A stretch of 64,000 nucleotides of DNA. Origin: Octopus sinensis. Its lineage: Eukaryota. Below the pieces are notes generated by a model. The model made no database searches. It saw nothing but the letters and a program-made list of their open reading frames with translations, and had not been told where the DNA came from. Positions within the stretch are counted from its first letter, which is position 1. Every line of letters starts with the position of its first letter. The stretch spans positions 18,538,001 through 18,602,000 of the forward strand of contig NC_043014.1 in the NCBI RefSeq assembly GCF_006345805.1, given 5' to 3'. Below are positions 12,976-27,161 of the stretch, piece by piece. A program made the position numbers and the translations under genes.

Positions 12976-14654
12976 ATAATTTTGACCCTAGCGAGTACTT
13001 GACTGATACTTTATTTTAACGATCTCGAAAGAATGAGAAACGAAATAAAAAAGGAAAAGTAGTCAGCAGAAAAAGTGATAATGCTGGAGATAAAAATCAT
13101 AACAAGATCAAGAAATGAAGGAAGAAAAAATAAACAAAAGATGAAAAAGGAAAAGAGAAGAAAATAATGTGAAGATAGAAAAACATGAGGAGAATGAGGG
13201 AAGAGGCGAAAAAGATAAGGAGATCGAAGTAGCGAAATAAATGATGTGTCTTCGAAATTGGTTTGCTGGAAGATATAAGAGAGAACATATATATATTTTG
13301 ATATTGAGAACTTGAGAACCAGGTACTAAATCAGTGATAATGATGTAACTGCTGGTCTGACTGACTCTGTATGAGTATATATATATATGTATATATATGT
13401 GTGTGTGTGTGTGTATACATGTATCAATATATGTATCTCTCTCTCTTTATATATATATGTATGTATGTATGTATGTATCTATCTATCTATCTATCTCTCT
13501 CTCTCTATATATATATATGTGTGTGTGTGTGTGTTTGTGTGTATATATATACGTACATACATACATAGACATACATACAGACAGACAGATAGATAGATAG
13601 ATCGATATACATATTTACACATACACTTTACAAGCTCATATATGTGCTCAAAATCTACATGTACGTCGGCATAGAACTATACCAAGAATGCACTCGCACG
13701 CGCGCACACACACACGGACACACACACGCACACACACACACACACAAACACACACACAAACACACATACACGCGCAGGCACACTCGCATACGTATCTATC
13801 TATCTATTTATAAACACATAGACACAATCATACTTGTGTTTCTAGATATATATGTGGGGTAATGTGCGCGCATACATATGTATATATTTGGTTCATATGC
13901 TACAGCTTTACTGGTGATCTATAACATAGATTAGTTCTTGCTGTCAGTGAGATCGAGTGGTGATGAAACCTCTAGTTACTGGCTGATAAATATAATTATA
14001 CTCTATAGATTTTTTCAGCACTTGCTCATTTGTTCATTATTAACAACATATAATATACACGTATGTGTGTGTCTGTGAGTGTGTGTGTAATATGTGCCTT
14101 TACATGTGTCTATGTATATGTGTTTGTATACTCAAAATCATGAACACACTTATGTACACATATGTATATACATATGATGACAGGATTCCAATTCTGAACT
14201 ATACCATCACTGGATTGTTTCCTTAAATCACAATGATTGTGACTATGCGGTCCTTATAACAATCTGCATATTTTCCATAGACATGGCAACAATGAGAGCC
14301 TCTGGTAGCCGGTGTTCAGACACACGCTGACATCTGCTTTCATTCCATTATAGAATTTTAAATAGTGTTTTGCTTTTTGGACAACCGTCAGCTATTATAT
14401 GCCACACGTAATAGTGAAGTTAAAAAATCAAAACGATGCTTGTACCTGAAGGATTCAAATTTGAGGAAAGGCCTTGCATAAAGCCAATACCATTCTCTAA
14501 GTAACTTTTGATGTATTTGTTTATTTGGAAATAAAAATGCATCAATGTGGCTAATACAGCCATGTGCTAAATTATGTGGTGTTTCATAAAGTATGTGTTA
14601 AATACCTCGTCAAGTATTATCAACATTTGCATTTTCTGTATACATGATTAGATT

Positions 14655-15300
14655 GTGGAGAATCTACCTTCTTTCTACAAGAATCAACGTTCAGCCATAT
14701 TTGGATCTAATTTCTTGGTATTTATCCTGCTGCTCCAAAAGTAAAAGGGAAAAATACTGGAAATGTATTTTACGTATTTGATTTTCAGGCTTATAATCAA
14801 TGGTCCATAAATATCTTCCTCGTATTTTTCTGAATCGATTGATTTCAGATGGGCTGCTGACTCACAGCAGATCACTTATTTAATTTGTAGTCCCAAACAA
14901 CAGCTATGCGAAGCCTGTTGTGTTTTACTCTGTTGCTATATTTATTATCAGGTTCTACCAATAGTATTTCGTTCATGAATACCAACTCCTTAATCTTCAT
15001 TTGTGGCTGTGTTCTTGTATCTCAAATTGTTCTAACTCCCATATGATTCTTATGGGAAAGTACTGTTTGGGGGAATTTTTATTACAACAGGCAACAATGT
15101 GGATAACATCCTCGGTTTAGCTTTTACATAGCTTGTACTTGTTGCCAGAAGATGGTTTCTTCTTGAGTGTATGTGTGCAGAAGATGCCTGTGGATAATCT
15201 TGTTCCTGGATTGCATGCCTGTAAACTAAGGATTTCAATGTTCTTTATACAAACTGTTCTTTTTCCAAGTACGCATACGCAAATATTTCAGTGAACTGGT
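14655..15300 (-). mobile_element. RLE-type (R2/R4/NeSL group) non-LTR retrotransposon C-terminal relic
   Basis: Zn-knuckle remnant KLCKS*TEDVIHIVACC, then VKHNR..IAVVWDYKL (PD..D/E region) and IYGPLIISLK. Confidence 0.65.
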
Positions 15301-15444
15301 CTATGTTTTGATTTTGTTGCTTTAAGTAGGATATATGTAAATATTCCAAACAGATAATTCAGCATTAGATTTAATTTAATATTTCTACTCAAGTCCGTTA
15401 CCTATCCAATAATGTACTATTTGTGTATCAACATATGTGTATGA

Positions 15445-15725
<281 letters not shown>

Positions 15726-16020
15726 GGAGGCGCAATAGCCCAGTGATTAGGACAGCGGACTCGCGGTTACGATTCCCAGACCGGGCATTGTGAGTATTTA
15801 TTGAGCGAAAACGCCTAGAGCTCCACGCGGCTCCAGCAGCGGGTGGTGGTGGCGATCCCTGCTGTAGTCTTTCGCCACAACTTTCTCTTACTCTTTTTTC
15901 TGTTGGCCTGCTCGCTTAGCCAGTGGGGTGACGTCATTTGAAGGCTAAAACAATGCGAAGCGCATTGTGACCAGCGATGTGTAGCAACATCTGATAGCCT
16001 GGTTGGCCACGATGATCACG

Positions 16021-16025
<5 letters not shown>
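15726..16025 (+). mobile_element. tRNA-derived SINE (family B)
   Basis: Head ggaggcgcaatagcccagtgattagg (A-box-like) and gttacgattcc (B-box-like). Body shared with 46166-46428; ends at (AT)n. Confidence 0.8.
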
Positions 16026-16076
<51 letters not shown>

Positions 16077-16380
16077 TATGTGTGTGTGTGGCTGCGTGTG
16101 TGCGTGTCTGTGTGTGTGGGGTGTATGTGTACGTGTGAATCTCTGCTTATTATTTAGGTGATGAACAGGTAACCTGTGTAGAAGCTACGAAATGTGTTAA
16201 GATCGAATCACATTTACTTAAAAGATGATTCTTGTAAAAATAAATCTAAGTAGGAAGGGAATGTGAAAGACTTGCAGTTTTAAGGGAATGGCGTAAAACG
16301 TTTCATGTTTCTTTAATGTGGCATTTCTCGATCACTTTTTACCTATGGATGCTTTTGATTCCTATTTTACTTTGGCGGTC

Positions 16381-16576
16381 CAGGCGCTCAACTCATTGCC
16401 ATTTGATGTTTAAAAAATCCTATTATATTTTAAATATTATTAGGAATTGTATAAAGAAAAGTACTAAAATATTTTGTTGTGTTGCAGAAATATAGTCAAT
16501 TTATTGCACATGAATTTTAACGGCAAAATTTTAAATGTACCCTCAAGGGTCCCATGGATTCGGTTGAGAACCACTG
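16381..16576. mobile_element. Degenerate hAT-like MITE
   Basis: Right end ggttgagaaccactg; left end caggcgctcaac is poorly preserved. Same TIR type as 18448-18648. Confidence 0.45.
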
Positions 16577-16744
16577 CTTTAATAAAAGAAGAAATTGAGG
16601 ATGATGAGATGTTACAGGGTACCAGAGACTTATTGTAACTATGGCAGTAGACAAAAACAGCAAACACTGATTAGAGAGATAGAGAGGTGGGGCAGTACAA
16701 TGTTGTTTTGTGGATATGTGTGGAGAGTGTGTCTTGATGTCATT

Positions 16745-16960
16745 AATTCAAGAATCAACGCTCAGCCATATTTGGATCTAATTTCTTGGTATTTTCCCGT
16801 TGCTCCAAAAGTAAAGTGGAAGTGCATTTTATGTATTTTCTTTTCAGGCTTATCATCAACGGTCCATAAATATCTTCCTTTGTACTTTTCTGAATCGATT
16901 CCTTTCAAATGGGCTCCTGACTCACAGCAGATCATGTATTTAATTTGTAGTCCCAAACAA
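16745..16960 (-). mobile_element. Second short fragment of the RLE LINE family at 14655-15300
   Basis: Clear nucleotide similarity to 14660-14900 (caagaatcaacg...gtagtcccaaacaa). Confidence 0.75.
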
Positions 16961-17145
16961 AGAATTATCCCTGGGTCCTTGGCCGTACAAGTAGTGCTGA
17001 TGGAGACTAAACCCACTAGGTTTTAAGTAGATAACGAAAGTGCACTGAAAGTTAACAAAAAATGAAAGGCGAATGAATATACAAAAGATTCTTTGTTAAA
17101 ATCATTGCAAGATGATAATCAATATTTAGAAAGAATTGAGCCAAT

Positions 17146-17770
17146 GAGCTAGCAGAATCGTTATCACGCCGGACGAAATGCTTAGGGGTATTTCGTTCTG
17201 AGTCCAAATTCCGCTGAGGTTTAATTTGCCTTTCATCCTTTCAGGGTCGATAAACTAAGTACAAATTGCGTACTGAGGTCGATCTAATCGACTGCCTCCT
17301 CCTCCAAAATTTCGGGCCTTGTGCCTAGAGCAGGAAAGAATCGTTAGCACGCCGGACAAAATGGTTAGCTGTATTTCGTCTATTTACTTCCTTGGTTCAT
17401 ATTCCGCCGAGGTTGACTTTACCTTTCACCTTCTGGGAGTCGATAAAATAAGTGCCAGTGAAGCACTGGGGTCAATGTACTAGGTATACCCCTCCCCTAC
17501 AACTCGTGGACTTATGCTAAAATTTGAAACAACTATTCAGTAAGGAATAACGCGGCGATCTGGTAGAATAATTAGCGCGACGAGTAAATGCTTAGCAGTA
17601 TTTCTTTCGTCTATACATTCGTCTATACATTCAGATACGCGGTCGACTTTGCATTTTATCCTTTCCGGGTCGAGAAAATGAGTACTAGTTGAGCACTGGG
17701 GTGGATGTAATCGACTTATTCGCTCCCGCAAAAATTGGTGGCCTTGTGCCAAAGTTTGTAATCAATACTT
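17146..17770 (+). mobile_element. Three head-to-tail copies of a tRNA-derived SINE (family C, Nin-like central domain)
   Basis: Repeated gagctagcagaatcgttagcacgcc...ttccgccgaggtcgactttgcctttcatcctttcggggtcgataaa motif, starting near 17146, 17335 and 17554. Confidence 0.85.
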
Positions 17771-18447
17771 AGAAAGAAGTGCATGAGAAACTAATTGAAT
17801 GTTCTAGCACATCAGGGTCGATAGATTGTGAATCAAGTTGAAACCCATCTGTATACACTGAGCAGCTGCTGCTGAAGGGATCTGATTACAAGTAAACACC
17901 AGAGCAAGAGCGGAGAGACAGAAAGAAAAAGAGCGAGAGGGATGGGGGATGGTGACAGACTTAGAAACTTGTAGTGATTAAACTATGAACAATTTCGAAT
18001 CGGTATAAATTTATTCTCGTTTCCCGATAAATGCTCTGATTTTTGTGCGAGAGATCATGATGCAGTGCATCTTAATTGGTGCCCTTGGAATCTTCGATTC
18101 GATGATGACAGCACTACTGTTCGAAATACAGTTAAACATGGACGCACGGCAATTCTACAAAATCTATAACGAATTTTCGTCTTTCAAACAAACAAGATTT
18201 AAAACAAATTCAACTTCTTATTCACTTCCTCCTTTCTCTCCAAATTTCAGGTTTTGCCCTCAAACTGTAGTGTTCCAGAACACTAGCCGTAGCAACACTG
18301 CGTTGTGTTTTTTGCTGAACCAACAACGATTCCCAAAAATTCAGAATACGCTGTATCGGCATCATCAGCTTCAGACGGCTAGTGGCACCCAGCGCGAACT
18401 GGCGAATAGTGAGGGTTGCGGGTTTGGCATAATCCAACAACCTAAGC

Positions 18448-18648
18448 CCGTGGTTCTCAACCAGGGACCATATGGCCATTGTAGCTCCATATACGCTTTT
18501 GTCGTTAGAATGTATGGGCAATAAATTGCTTGCACTTCTACATTTTTTGAAACAATTTTTTTTATCTTCATCGAATAGCTATGGAAGTGCAGTAGAGTAA
18601 GATAGGAATCAAAGGGCTCCGTTGGCAAAAAGTGATTGAGAACCAATG
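18448..18648. mobile_element. hAT-like MITE, about 200 bp
   Basis: TIRs ccgtggttctcaacc and gattgagaaccaatg. No clean 8-bp TSD. Confidence 0.6.
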
Positions 18649-18899
18649 GTCTGAACAATAAACGATTAACCGATGAAGAGATTTTCAGCGAGAAATTTGG
18701 CGGTAGGTCTTTTATCTTTTGCAACTGTCAGTCGTTGGACTGCGGATTTTCTGGGGCACAGCCTTGCAGGAATAGACGAACAAATAGACCGAAGGACATA
18801 TTTTGTGAAATTATTCAATCGGTCTCTAATGCTGATATGTTACGATGACAGACAAACCATCATTAGTTTAGTGTAAAGGGGACAAACAAAAAAACAAAG

Positions 18900-19043
18900 A
18901 TACGACGGGTTTCCATACAGTTTCCGTCTGCCAAATTCATTCACCTAAAGGTTTAACAGAAGACATTTGCTCAAGGTGTCGAGCAGTAAGACTGAAGCCG
19001 AAATCACGTGGTTACAAAGTGAGCTTCTTAACCACACAGCCAT
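18900..19043 (-). mobile_element. tRNA-derived SINE (family A), 5' part
   Basis: Reverse complement of the ggctgtgtggttaag...gacggaaactg...cccgtcgta head shared with 35785-36228. Confidence 0.75.
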
Positions 19044-19235
19044 AAGTAATAGTCTTCACATCATATAGCAGATTGAAATAGTGTTATATATGGATGCAGG
19101 TAACAGAGAATATTTAAGAAGTGCTCTACGCAAGAGTTTCTGACTGCATGGAACATTTAGCGAGATTCTTCACATCGCATTCTGTGTATGTACGCAAACA
19201 TACACACAATCACATGCATTCAGATATAACATCTC

Positions 19236-19316
<81 letters not shown>

Positions 19317-19326
19317 ATATCTATCT

Positions 19327-19391
<65 letters not shown>

Positions 19392-19392
19392 A

Positions 19393-19431
<39 letters not shown>

Positions 19432-19434
19432 ATA

Positions 19435-19440
<6 letters not shown>
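19236..19440. repeat. (ATCT)n microsatellite, about 200 bp
   Basis: Seen directly. Confidence 0.98.
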
Positions 19441-19469
<29 letters not shown>

Positions 19470-19518
19470 ATATCTATATCGATGTATATATATATGTATG
19501 TATATGGATATCTATATC

Positions 19519-19567
<49 letters not shown>

Positions 19568-19693
19568 TTGTCTCTGTGTGTGTGAATGCGTGTGCTTTTA
19601 TGTGTATGTGTCTGTGTGTGTGTGAATGCGTGTGTTAGTGTGTGTGTGTATGTGTGTGTGTGTGTATGTGTGTGTGTGTGTGTGTGTTTGCGT

Positions 19694-19742
<49 letters not shown>

Positions 19743-20152
19743 GCATACACGTACACATACGCCCGGGAATAATTTCAGGTAAGAAATACTACCGCAGCAA
19801 ATTCCGAATATAGCCAGAGGCATTTCTGTAATATTAATTTTTTGTCAGATTATACAGGTTTCATATTTTTTCTATTGGGTATTTTTAGAGGAGTGACAAA
19901 TTCCTCTCTCTCTCTCATTTGTTATCTATATATTTCTCTCGCTCTCGCTTCCATTCTTTCTATACACACACAAACACATACAGGCATGCATACACATAAG
20001 CAAGCCATACTAACATGCACAAACCCGATTCTTTTTAGCATTCTGCTTTCGAAGCACTAATTCCATGTAACAGTGAATATGTGCTAAGGAAGAAGGAAAA
20101 TGAAACGTCCGAAAAACGTCATGCGTTCAACGATAGAGAGAGAGAGAGAAGA

Positions 20153-20185
<33 letters not shown>

Positions 20186-20236
20186 GGATATCTATATCGA
20201 TGTATATATATATGTATGTATATGGATATCTATATC

Positions 20237-20285
<49 letters not shown>

Positions 20286-20411
20286 TTGTCTCTGTGTGTG
20301 TGAATGCGTGTGCTTTTATGTGTATGTGTCTGTGTGTGTGTGAATGCGTGTGTTAGTGTGTGTGTGTATGTGTGTGTGTGTGTATGTGTGTGTGTGTGTG
20401 TGTGTTTGCGT

Positions 20412-20456
<45 letters not shown>

Positions 20457-20877
20457 GTTTGCATACACGTACACATACGCCCGGGAATAATTTCAGGTAA
20501 GAATACTACCGCAGCAAATTCCGAATATAGCCAGAGGCATTTCTGTAATATTAATTTTTTGTCAGATTATACAGGTTTCATATTTTTTCTATTGGGTATT
20601 TTTAGAGGAGTGACAAATTCCTCTCTCTCTCTCATTTGTTATCTATATATTTCTCTCGCTCTCGCTTCCATTCTTTCTATACACACACAAACACATACAG
20701 GCATGCATACACATAAGCAAGCCCATACTAACATGCACAAACCCGATTTCTTTTTAGCATTCTGCTTTCGAAGCACTAATTCCATGTAACAGTGAATATG
20801 TGCTAAGGAAGAAGGAAAATGAAACGTCCGAAAAACGTCATGCGTTCAACGATAGAGAGAGAGAGAGAAGAATGATG

Positions 20878-20878
<1 letters not shown>
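19441..20878. repeat. Tandem duplication, period about 718 bp, bounded by (TA)n
   Basis: tggatatctatatcgatg at 19467 and 20185; gagagaagaatgatgta at about 20145 and 20863. Differences are small indels. Confidence 0.92.
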
Positions 20879-20924
<46 letters not shown>

Positions 20925-21188
20925 TGTGTGTGTGTGTGCGCATGTGTGTGTATATATATATATATATGTGTATATATATGTGTATATACATGTGTATATA
21001 TATATATATATATGTGTATATATATGTGTATATACAAGTATATATATATATGTGTATATATATGTGTATATATGTATGTATATATATATATATATATAGA
21101 GGGAGAGAGAGAGAGATAAATATAGACATATATATGTATATACATACATATACATACACACGTACACAAACATATATGTATGCATATA

Positions 21189-21224
<36 letters not shown>

Positions 21225-21742
21225 TGTGTGTGTGTGCGTAAGGATATGTATATATAAATATACACATTCATATATATATGTAGAGAGATAGGCAGAGACA
21301 TATGTAGTAAGAAACAAGGACGTGAGAGGATATACAGAAGGAGACAACTACCATTGCGGTAGAAGAAGTACATGATGCCAAAACCGTCTAAAAAATATAT
21401 AAGAGAAAAACTTTGACATTTCCAATAGTTTGAATAATAGTTCAAAACCTTTCGACAAAAGAATTACCTGGTATAAGACAGGGAGATTAGGATCTTGCAG
21501 AAATGTTAATCTCGTGCTGAAAACTAATAGTATCAACAACAACGTCAACAACTACAAGAACAACAACAACAACAATAGTAATAATCTTTTCTACCTTAGA
21601 AATAAGGACTCAAATTTTGTTGGGAGAGGGTTTGTCAATTACATCGACACCAGTGAATTACTGGTACTTACTTCATCGACTCGGAAAGGATGAATTAATA
21701 ATAATAATACTAATAATACTAATAATAATAATAATTTGTCCT

Positions 21743-22145
21743 CAGGCAGTGGCTCTCATAACTACTGATCTTAATTGATTGAAAGTGTTATCATTTTCTT
21801 GTCTTGGTATCAAAGATGAGCTACAGTGAATATTCTGCTCAATACCACAAATTTGCTTGTCAGTTGTTTGACCGTAACCAGTTGAGCATGTCCTTTAGTG
21901 GCTGACAATATGTGCATCTCTGATCACGAGCGGAAGTAGTGGGGGAGCATCATAGCCATGTGTTGAGAGGGATTCCATAGGGTTTGAATAATTCGCCTCT
22001 GGAAAGATGGGTGTTTTGCACATCATCCTTAAAACAAACCTTATTCAAGGACCTTTTGAGCAGGACGGGCTACTTGACCTGAAGTAAACTCTAACTGGGC
22101 CCAGCTGCAAGGTCATGCTCTGTTCTCTCACTCAATAACAATAAC
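21743..22145 (+). repeat. TAA-flanked about 600-bp repeat family, internally deleted copy
   Basis: Matches 11868-12240, then jumps to the ctcactcaataacaataac tail. Confidence 0.85.
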
Positions 22146-22199
22146 AAATATACGTAAAATAACAATGCTAAGTACCGCGTACATCCTACGGAAAAACAC

Positions 22200-25107
22200 T
22201 TTCAATACGTTAAAAATAAGAGTATCATAGCAGAAAATAGCACATACACACGGCACTCAGTTCTTACTGATAAAAGTAATCTCGTAGCAGTAAACAGAGG
22301 TGAGATCTCTAATAAGTCACAGGAAGAAAAATAGTAATAGCTTGCTCGGTCAGAGACATATAGATGGTTTGGAAGAAGACAATAAAACTAATGGTGACAT
22401 GATAGAAGTGCAAAAGCAATCTACAAGACTCAAGGCAAGGCTATAGGAGAAGGATATCGACATTTATTTGCAACCTTAAAAAGGTTGATCGGTGGAAATG
22501 GAACCAAGAATCGAAAAATGTGAATGAAATTAATTCTGAAATGCATTAGAACAAAAAACATTGCAGAAACAAAGAATTTGATCAAAGCAGCAAATACTGT
22601 TGTAGCAGAAAATGTGTGTGTTGATGTCAAAGAAAAGAAATATAATGGGAGTGACAAAAGAAAATATCCATGGTGTAAAAGAAGTATACAGGCGGGGTTA
22701 GATATGCTCTTGAAATGAAAAAAGGGAGTTTAAAAGCGAACATAAATACAGGGCACTGAACAGGAACTATAATATTGAAATAAAAGACCTGGAAATGGTA
22801 ATGGAGGACTGAAACAGTACCTCGTTGCAAAGAATACAATGATGGTATGGTAAGATACAACCAAAGAATGAAGGGGAACCAGCAGAATAGGTCATTCAGA
22901 GTAGATCAGAAGAGATCCTACAAAGAGATAAATGGAGAGTGTACAGATGAAAAGTTGATACTAGATAACATTGAAAGTCACAGGTTTTGAAGTGACATCT
23001 GGAGCAAAGACAAGGGGCACAAGAAGGACGCTGAATTGTTTCAAGAACTGAAACAAATCGTAGTCTGTCCAAAACAGGCAGAACTAATAATTTATTTAGG
23101 GAAGTGAAGGAATTCAGCAAAAAAAAAGACCAGATGGAGTTCAAGGCTACTGGATCAAATAGTGGAGGATGAAACTGACAGCATATGGAAGAAATTTAGG
23201 GACAACAGAAATCAGGTACGCACCTTCGAAGAGTACTGCCTGTCCCCACTGTTCTTTGTACTGTGCATGATACCACAAACACTGATTCTGAGGAAAGCTG
23301 GGTATGTATTCAAAAGCCGCCAACAAAAAGTCAACCACTTGTTATTCATGGATGACCTCAAACTTTTTGGTAACAGGAATCTCAACTCAGTCCCCTCGTT
23401 TATATGGCGTATTCTTTCAGTGCTGACATCAGAATGGAGTTTGGACTTAAAAAATGTGGTGTATAGCTGGTGAAATATCATACACGAATAGCTGCATAAC
23501 TCAACACCTTGTTAAATACTGAATACGTAACACCAGAGTGATTGACAATGGGTAGGACAGTGCTGTGCTTGAAAAATATTGAAAAAGGCAATACGGTAGA
23601 CAGTTACTCGCCGATCTCCTGCTTACCAATTATGTGGAAATTATTGACTGGAATAGTCGCAGATTCAATGTACGGATATCTGGAGGAAAATGGAGTCTTG
23701 CCACATGAGCATAAGGGTTGTAAGCGTAAGTGCAGAGGTACCAAGTAACAACACCTGGGAGACAAAATTGTACTTAGAGACTGCAAGAGAAGGAAAACTA
23801 AGGCATTGATTATCGTAAGGCGTACGATATGATCCCATATTGTTGGATTACAAAATGTATGAACCTGTTTGGTATTGCATCGAATGTTGGGTGATTGCTT
23901 GGAAAAAGTATGGGGAAGTGGAGGATGAAACTGATAGCATATGGAAGAAATTTAGGGACAACAGAAATCAGGTACGCACCTTCGAAGAGTACTGCCTGTC
24001 CCCACTGATCTTTGTACTGTGCATGATACCACAAACACTGATTCTGAGGAAAGCTGGGTATGTATTCAAAAGCCGCCAACAAAAAGTCAACCACTTGTTA
24101 TTCATGGATGACCTCAAACTTTTTGGTAAAAGGAATCTCAACTCAGTCCCCTCGTTGATATGGCGTATTCTTTCAGTGCTGATATCAGAATGGAGTTTGG
24201 ACTTAAAAAATGTGGTGTATAAGTCTTGAAGAGGGGCAAAATCAAATGTATACAAGGGCTAGCGATAATGCCGGGGAAGTTATGAGGCAAATACAAGAAA
24301 CGGGCTATAAGAATGCATGGACAATTTCATAGTGATGTTGAAGATAAGACTTTGAGAGAAAAAAGATGGCTATGGCTGACTAAAAGTGATTTAAAACCGA
24401 AAACGGAGAGTCTAATCTGTGCTGCCCAAGAGCTAGCACTAAGAACGAATTACATAAAATACAGAATAGACAACGCATCAGAAACTGATAAGTGCACGAT
24501 CTGTGGAGAAATGGACAAAACCGTATGGCATATTATCAGTCAATATACACCACTAGCGTATAAGAGATGTCATAACAATATAGCAGGGATTGTCCATTGG
24601 ATACTTTGCAACACGTATGGACTTGACAGAGCAAAAATGTAGTACGAACTTAAATCCGAAGGCTTAGTCGAAAATGATAATGGGATTCTGATTCAGTACG
24701 ACCATGAGATAGAGTACAGGAAGCCAGACACAGTGTCACTTGAGAAAGAAAGCAAACGATGCTGGCTCATAAATATAGCAAGCCCAGCTGACAACAAGGT
24801 ATGCGATAAGGAAGAAAGAAAAGTCGATAGATATGACAGGTTAGCTTGGGAGGTTAAACAGTTATGGTCGATGAAAAAGGTGGTAGTGGAACGAATAATT
24901 GTAGGAGCCCTGGCAACAGTGAGTGAAAATCTCGAGAAGTACATGGAAAAATAGGGGCTGCAATAAGAGTAGAGCACTTGCAAGAAACACCACTGCTTGG
25001 AACCGCTCGAATAGTCCAGATAGTCCTCGAAAAATAAGGGATGTTACTTTAGTTCACTGTTAGTGAACAGCTGGCACCGTAGTGCATCTCCAGTGATAGC
25101 AGCTGTG
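22200..25107 (+). mobile_element. Dong/R4-type non-LTR retrotransposon (RT + CCHC + RLE), pseudogenised and rearranged
   Basis: TKNIAETKNLIKAANTVV (N-terminal); [29 protein letters not shown]; KVNHLLFMDDLKLF; WLTKSDLKPKTESLICAAQE; KCTICGE..KTVWHII; CWLINIASPADNKVCDKEERKVDRY; IIVGALA. 3' UTR runs into (CTA)n/(TAA)n. Confidence 0.9.
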
Positions 25108-25117
25108 CAAAGACAAT

Positions 25118-25186
<69 letters not shown>

Positions 25187-25210
25187 CACTACTACTACTA
25201 ATACTAATAC

Positions 25211-25243
<33 letters not shown>

Positions 25244-25269
25244 TAACAAAAACAACAACACCCGGCATA

Positions 25270-26720
25270 CACACACTGGACTCGACAAAGACACTAAAAT
25301 CAGAGATTTAGTCAGCGATCCCCCATATAAATACCTAGAAACTGCGAAAATACAACACACAGAAATGTAATGGTAAATTGCGACAGAGTATTACAGAAAA
25401 GTTAAAAGTACTATTAAACACTGAACTCAATGCTAAAAATAAGATAATAGGGATAAACACACTAGCTATACTACTGAAGAATTACAGCTTGAACATAATA
25501 AACTGGAAAACCAGGGAACTGAGTAACTTAGAAACATGAGAGACACAGATAATACATTTCTACCTCGCTCAGACGGAGATCGTGACCTGACACAGCGAGA
25601 TAGCTACAATAAAATAGTAACAGTCGAATTAGTAATGTACTTAGAAACAAAAACTGGAAGACTACTACATGTAATAGCACAACGCCAGAAAAAGAAAATG
25701 CACCTCTCTATACACAAAGTGGTGACAAAATACAAAACAGAAACAAACTACACTGATACACTGATGACAACATAGTAAAAATGGTCTGAGACAAACAACA
25801 ACATGCAAACAGAACTACAAAACATTCTAAAAAAGAAATGTGAAGGGAAAAATCACTTCAAGGCCAACAATCTGCAAATCTTGACAGGGAAGAGGTGAGC
25901 GTAAGTAAAAACCAACAATGACTCAAAATCTCTGGACTAAAAGCTGGAACGGAAGGATTGATTCTCGCTGCACAAGACCAATGTCTGACCACACAACTAT
26001 AAAAACAAAATAATGAAAACCGGTCCTAACACCAAATGCAGAATGTGCAACCAGCATAATGAAACAGTTGACTACATCATCTCTGGCTGACCAGTCCTGG
26101 CAATCTGACACGACCGAATACGTAGTTATATCCACTGGACAATATGTCAATGCTAAAACATAAAACTGCGCATTTGTATAAAAGCTTTAAGTGATAGAAA
26201 ATTCAGTTAAGATTTCCCACACCCGAACACCCAACTTCAAATATGATCAGGTCCGTGAAGTTACCTATTTCAGAACATTTTTATGGAAAGTGACAGGTGA
26301 AGTATAGCCAAAACATCCCATTGTTTGGAACATAATCATATTCCCTTTAACCATTGCTACGAAAAACTATTCAGCTCTCATTGAAGATGTTATAACACAC
26401 AATACAACAAATTTAACAGCGGATAGATAAGGTAAACAACACCAGACAGATTGACCTGTCATCTAAGACACAAGGTGCATTTCTTCAACCACATAATTTT
26501 CAGATATCACGACACGAGGAACACAGTAACATTAGCGCGTGACATTCATGATTTACAAGACATGGAAATTAACCCCCACACAAAGTGTAAAAGTCTGGAA
26601 AGGTGCACACTATTTATAAATGGCTTTAAAAGTACAACTTATGTACAGCAAAAAACATAGCAGAGGTAGAACAACATGAAAAATTCTGGTAATTATCTTG
26701 GTGATACCAGGAGTATTTTT
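25270..26720 (+). mobile_element. Older Dong/R4-type LINE relic (3' half)
   Basis: KVLLNTELNAKNKIIGINTLAI, FLPRSDG, and SGLKAGTEGLILAAQDQCLT. RLE remnants near 26450-26720. Confidence 0.75.
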
Positions 26721-26803
26721 ATGAAAGCTCACCAATTATACAACGTATATCCACCAACATTCTGAGCGATGTTTGTATGACTTACAAAAGCTCTGTGTTA
26801 CAG

Positions 26804-26860
26804 CATTACATGAATTGTATGAGTGTCTTAGATCATGGAAATTAGTTGATATTGTAATTG
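26804..26860 (+). CDS. Candidate host coding exon (57 nt, phase 1-1), product unknown
   Basis: ctgtgttacag acceptor and G|gtaagg donor. Open frame (A)LHELYECLRSWKLVDIVI. The acceptor could lie further upstream. Confidence 0.25.
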
Positions 26861-26948
26861 GTAAGGTTTTTATTCAGTCTATCATTACACTATACAATGA
26901 CTTTAGGCATGTATTACATACGCACACATATACGTACACACATAGTGA

Positions 26949-26981
<33 letters not shown>

Positions 26982-27005
26982 GAATATATGCATATATACG
27001 TATTT

Positions 27006-27036
<31 letters not shown>

Positions 27037-27118
27037 CCTATATATATACATAAAAATACACATGTAGATATCTGCATCTCTCTCCCTTTCTCTTTCTCTC
27101 TCTGTATATTATATATAC

Positions 27119-27128
27119 ACATACGTAA

Positions 27129-27161
<33 letters not shown>

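Noticed and set aside
18045-18524. 159-aa plus-strand ORF
   Set aside because: Non-ATG start, runs into a MITE, and has no recognisable domain.
21400-21520. LPGIRQGD motif resembling an RT segment
   Set aside because: Isolated motif without flanking RT homology.
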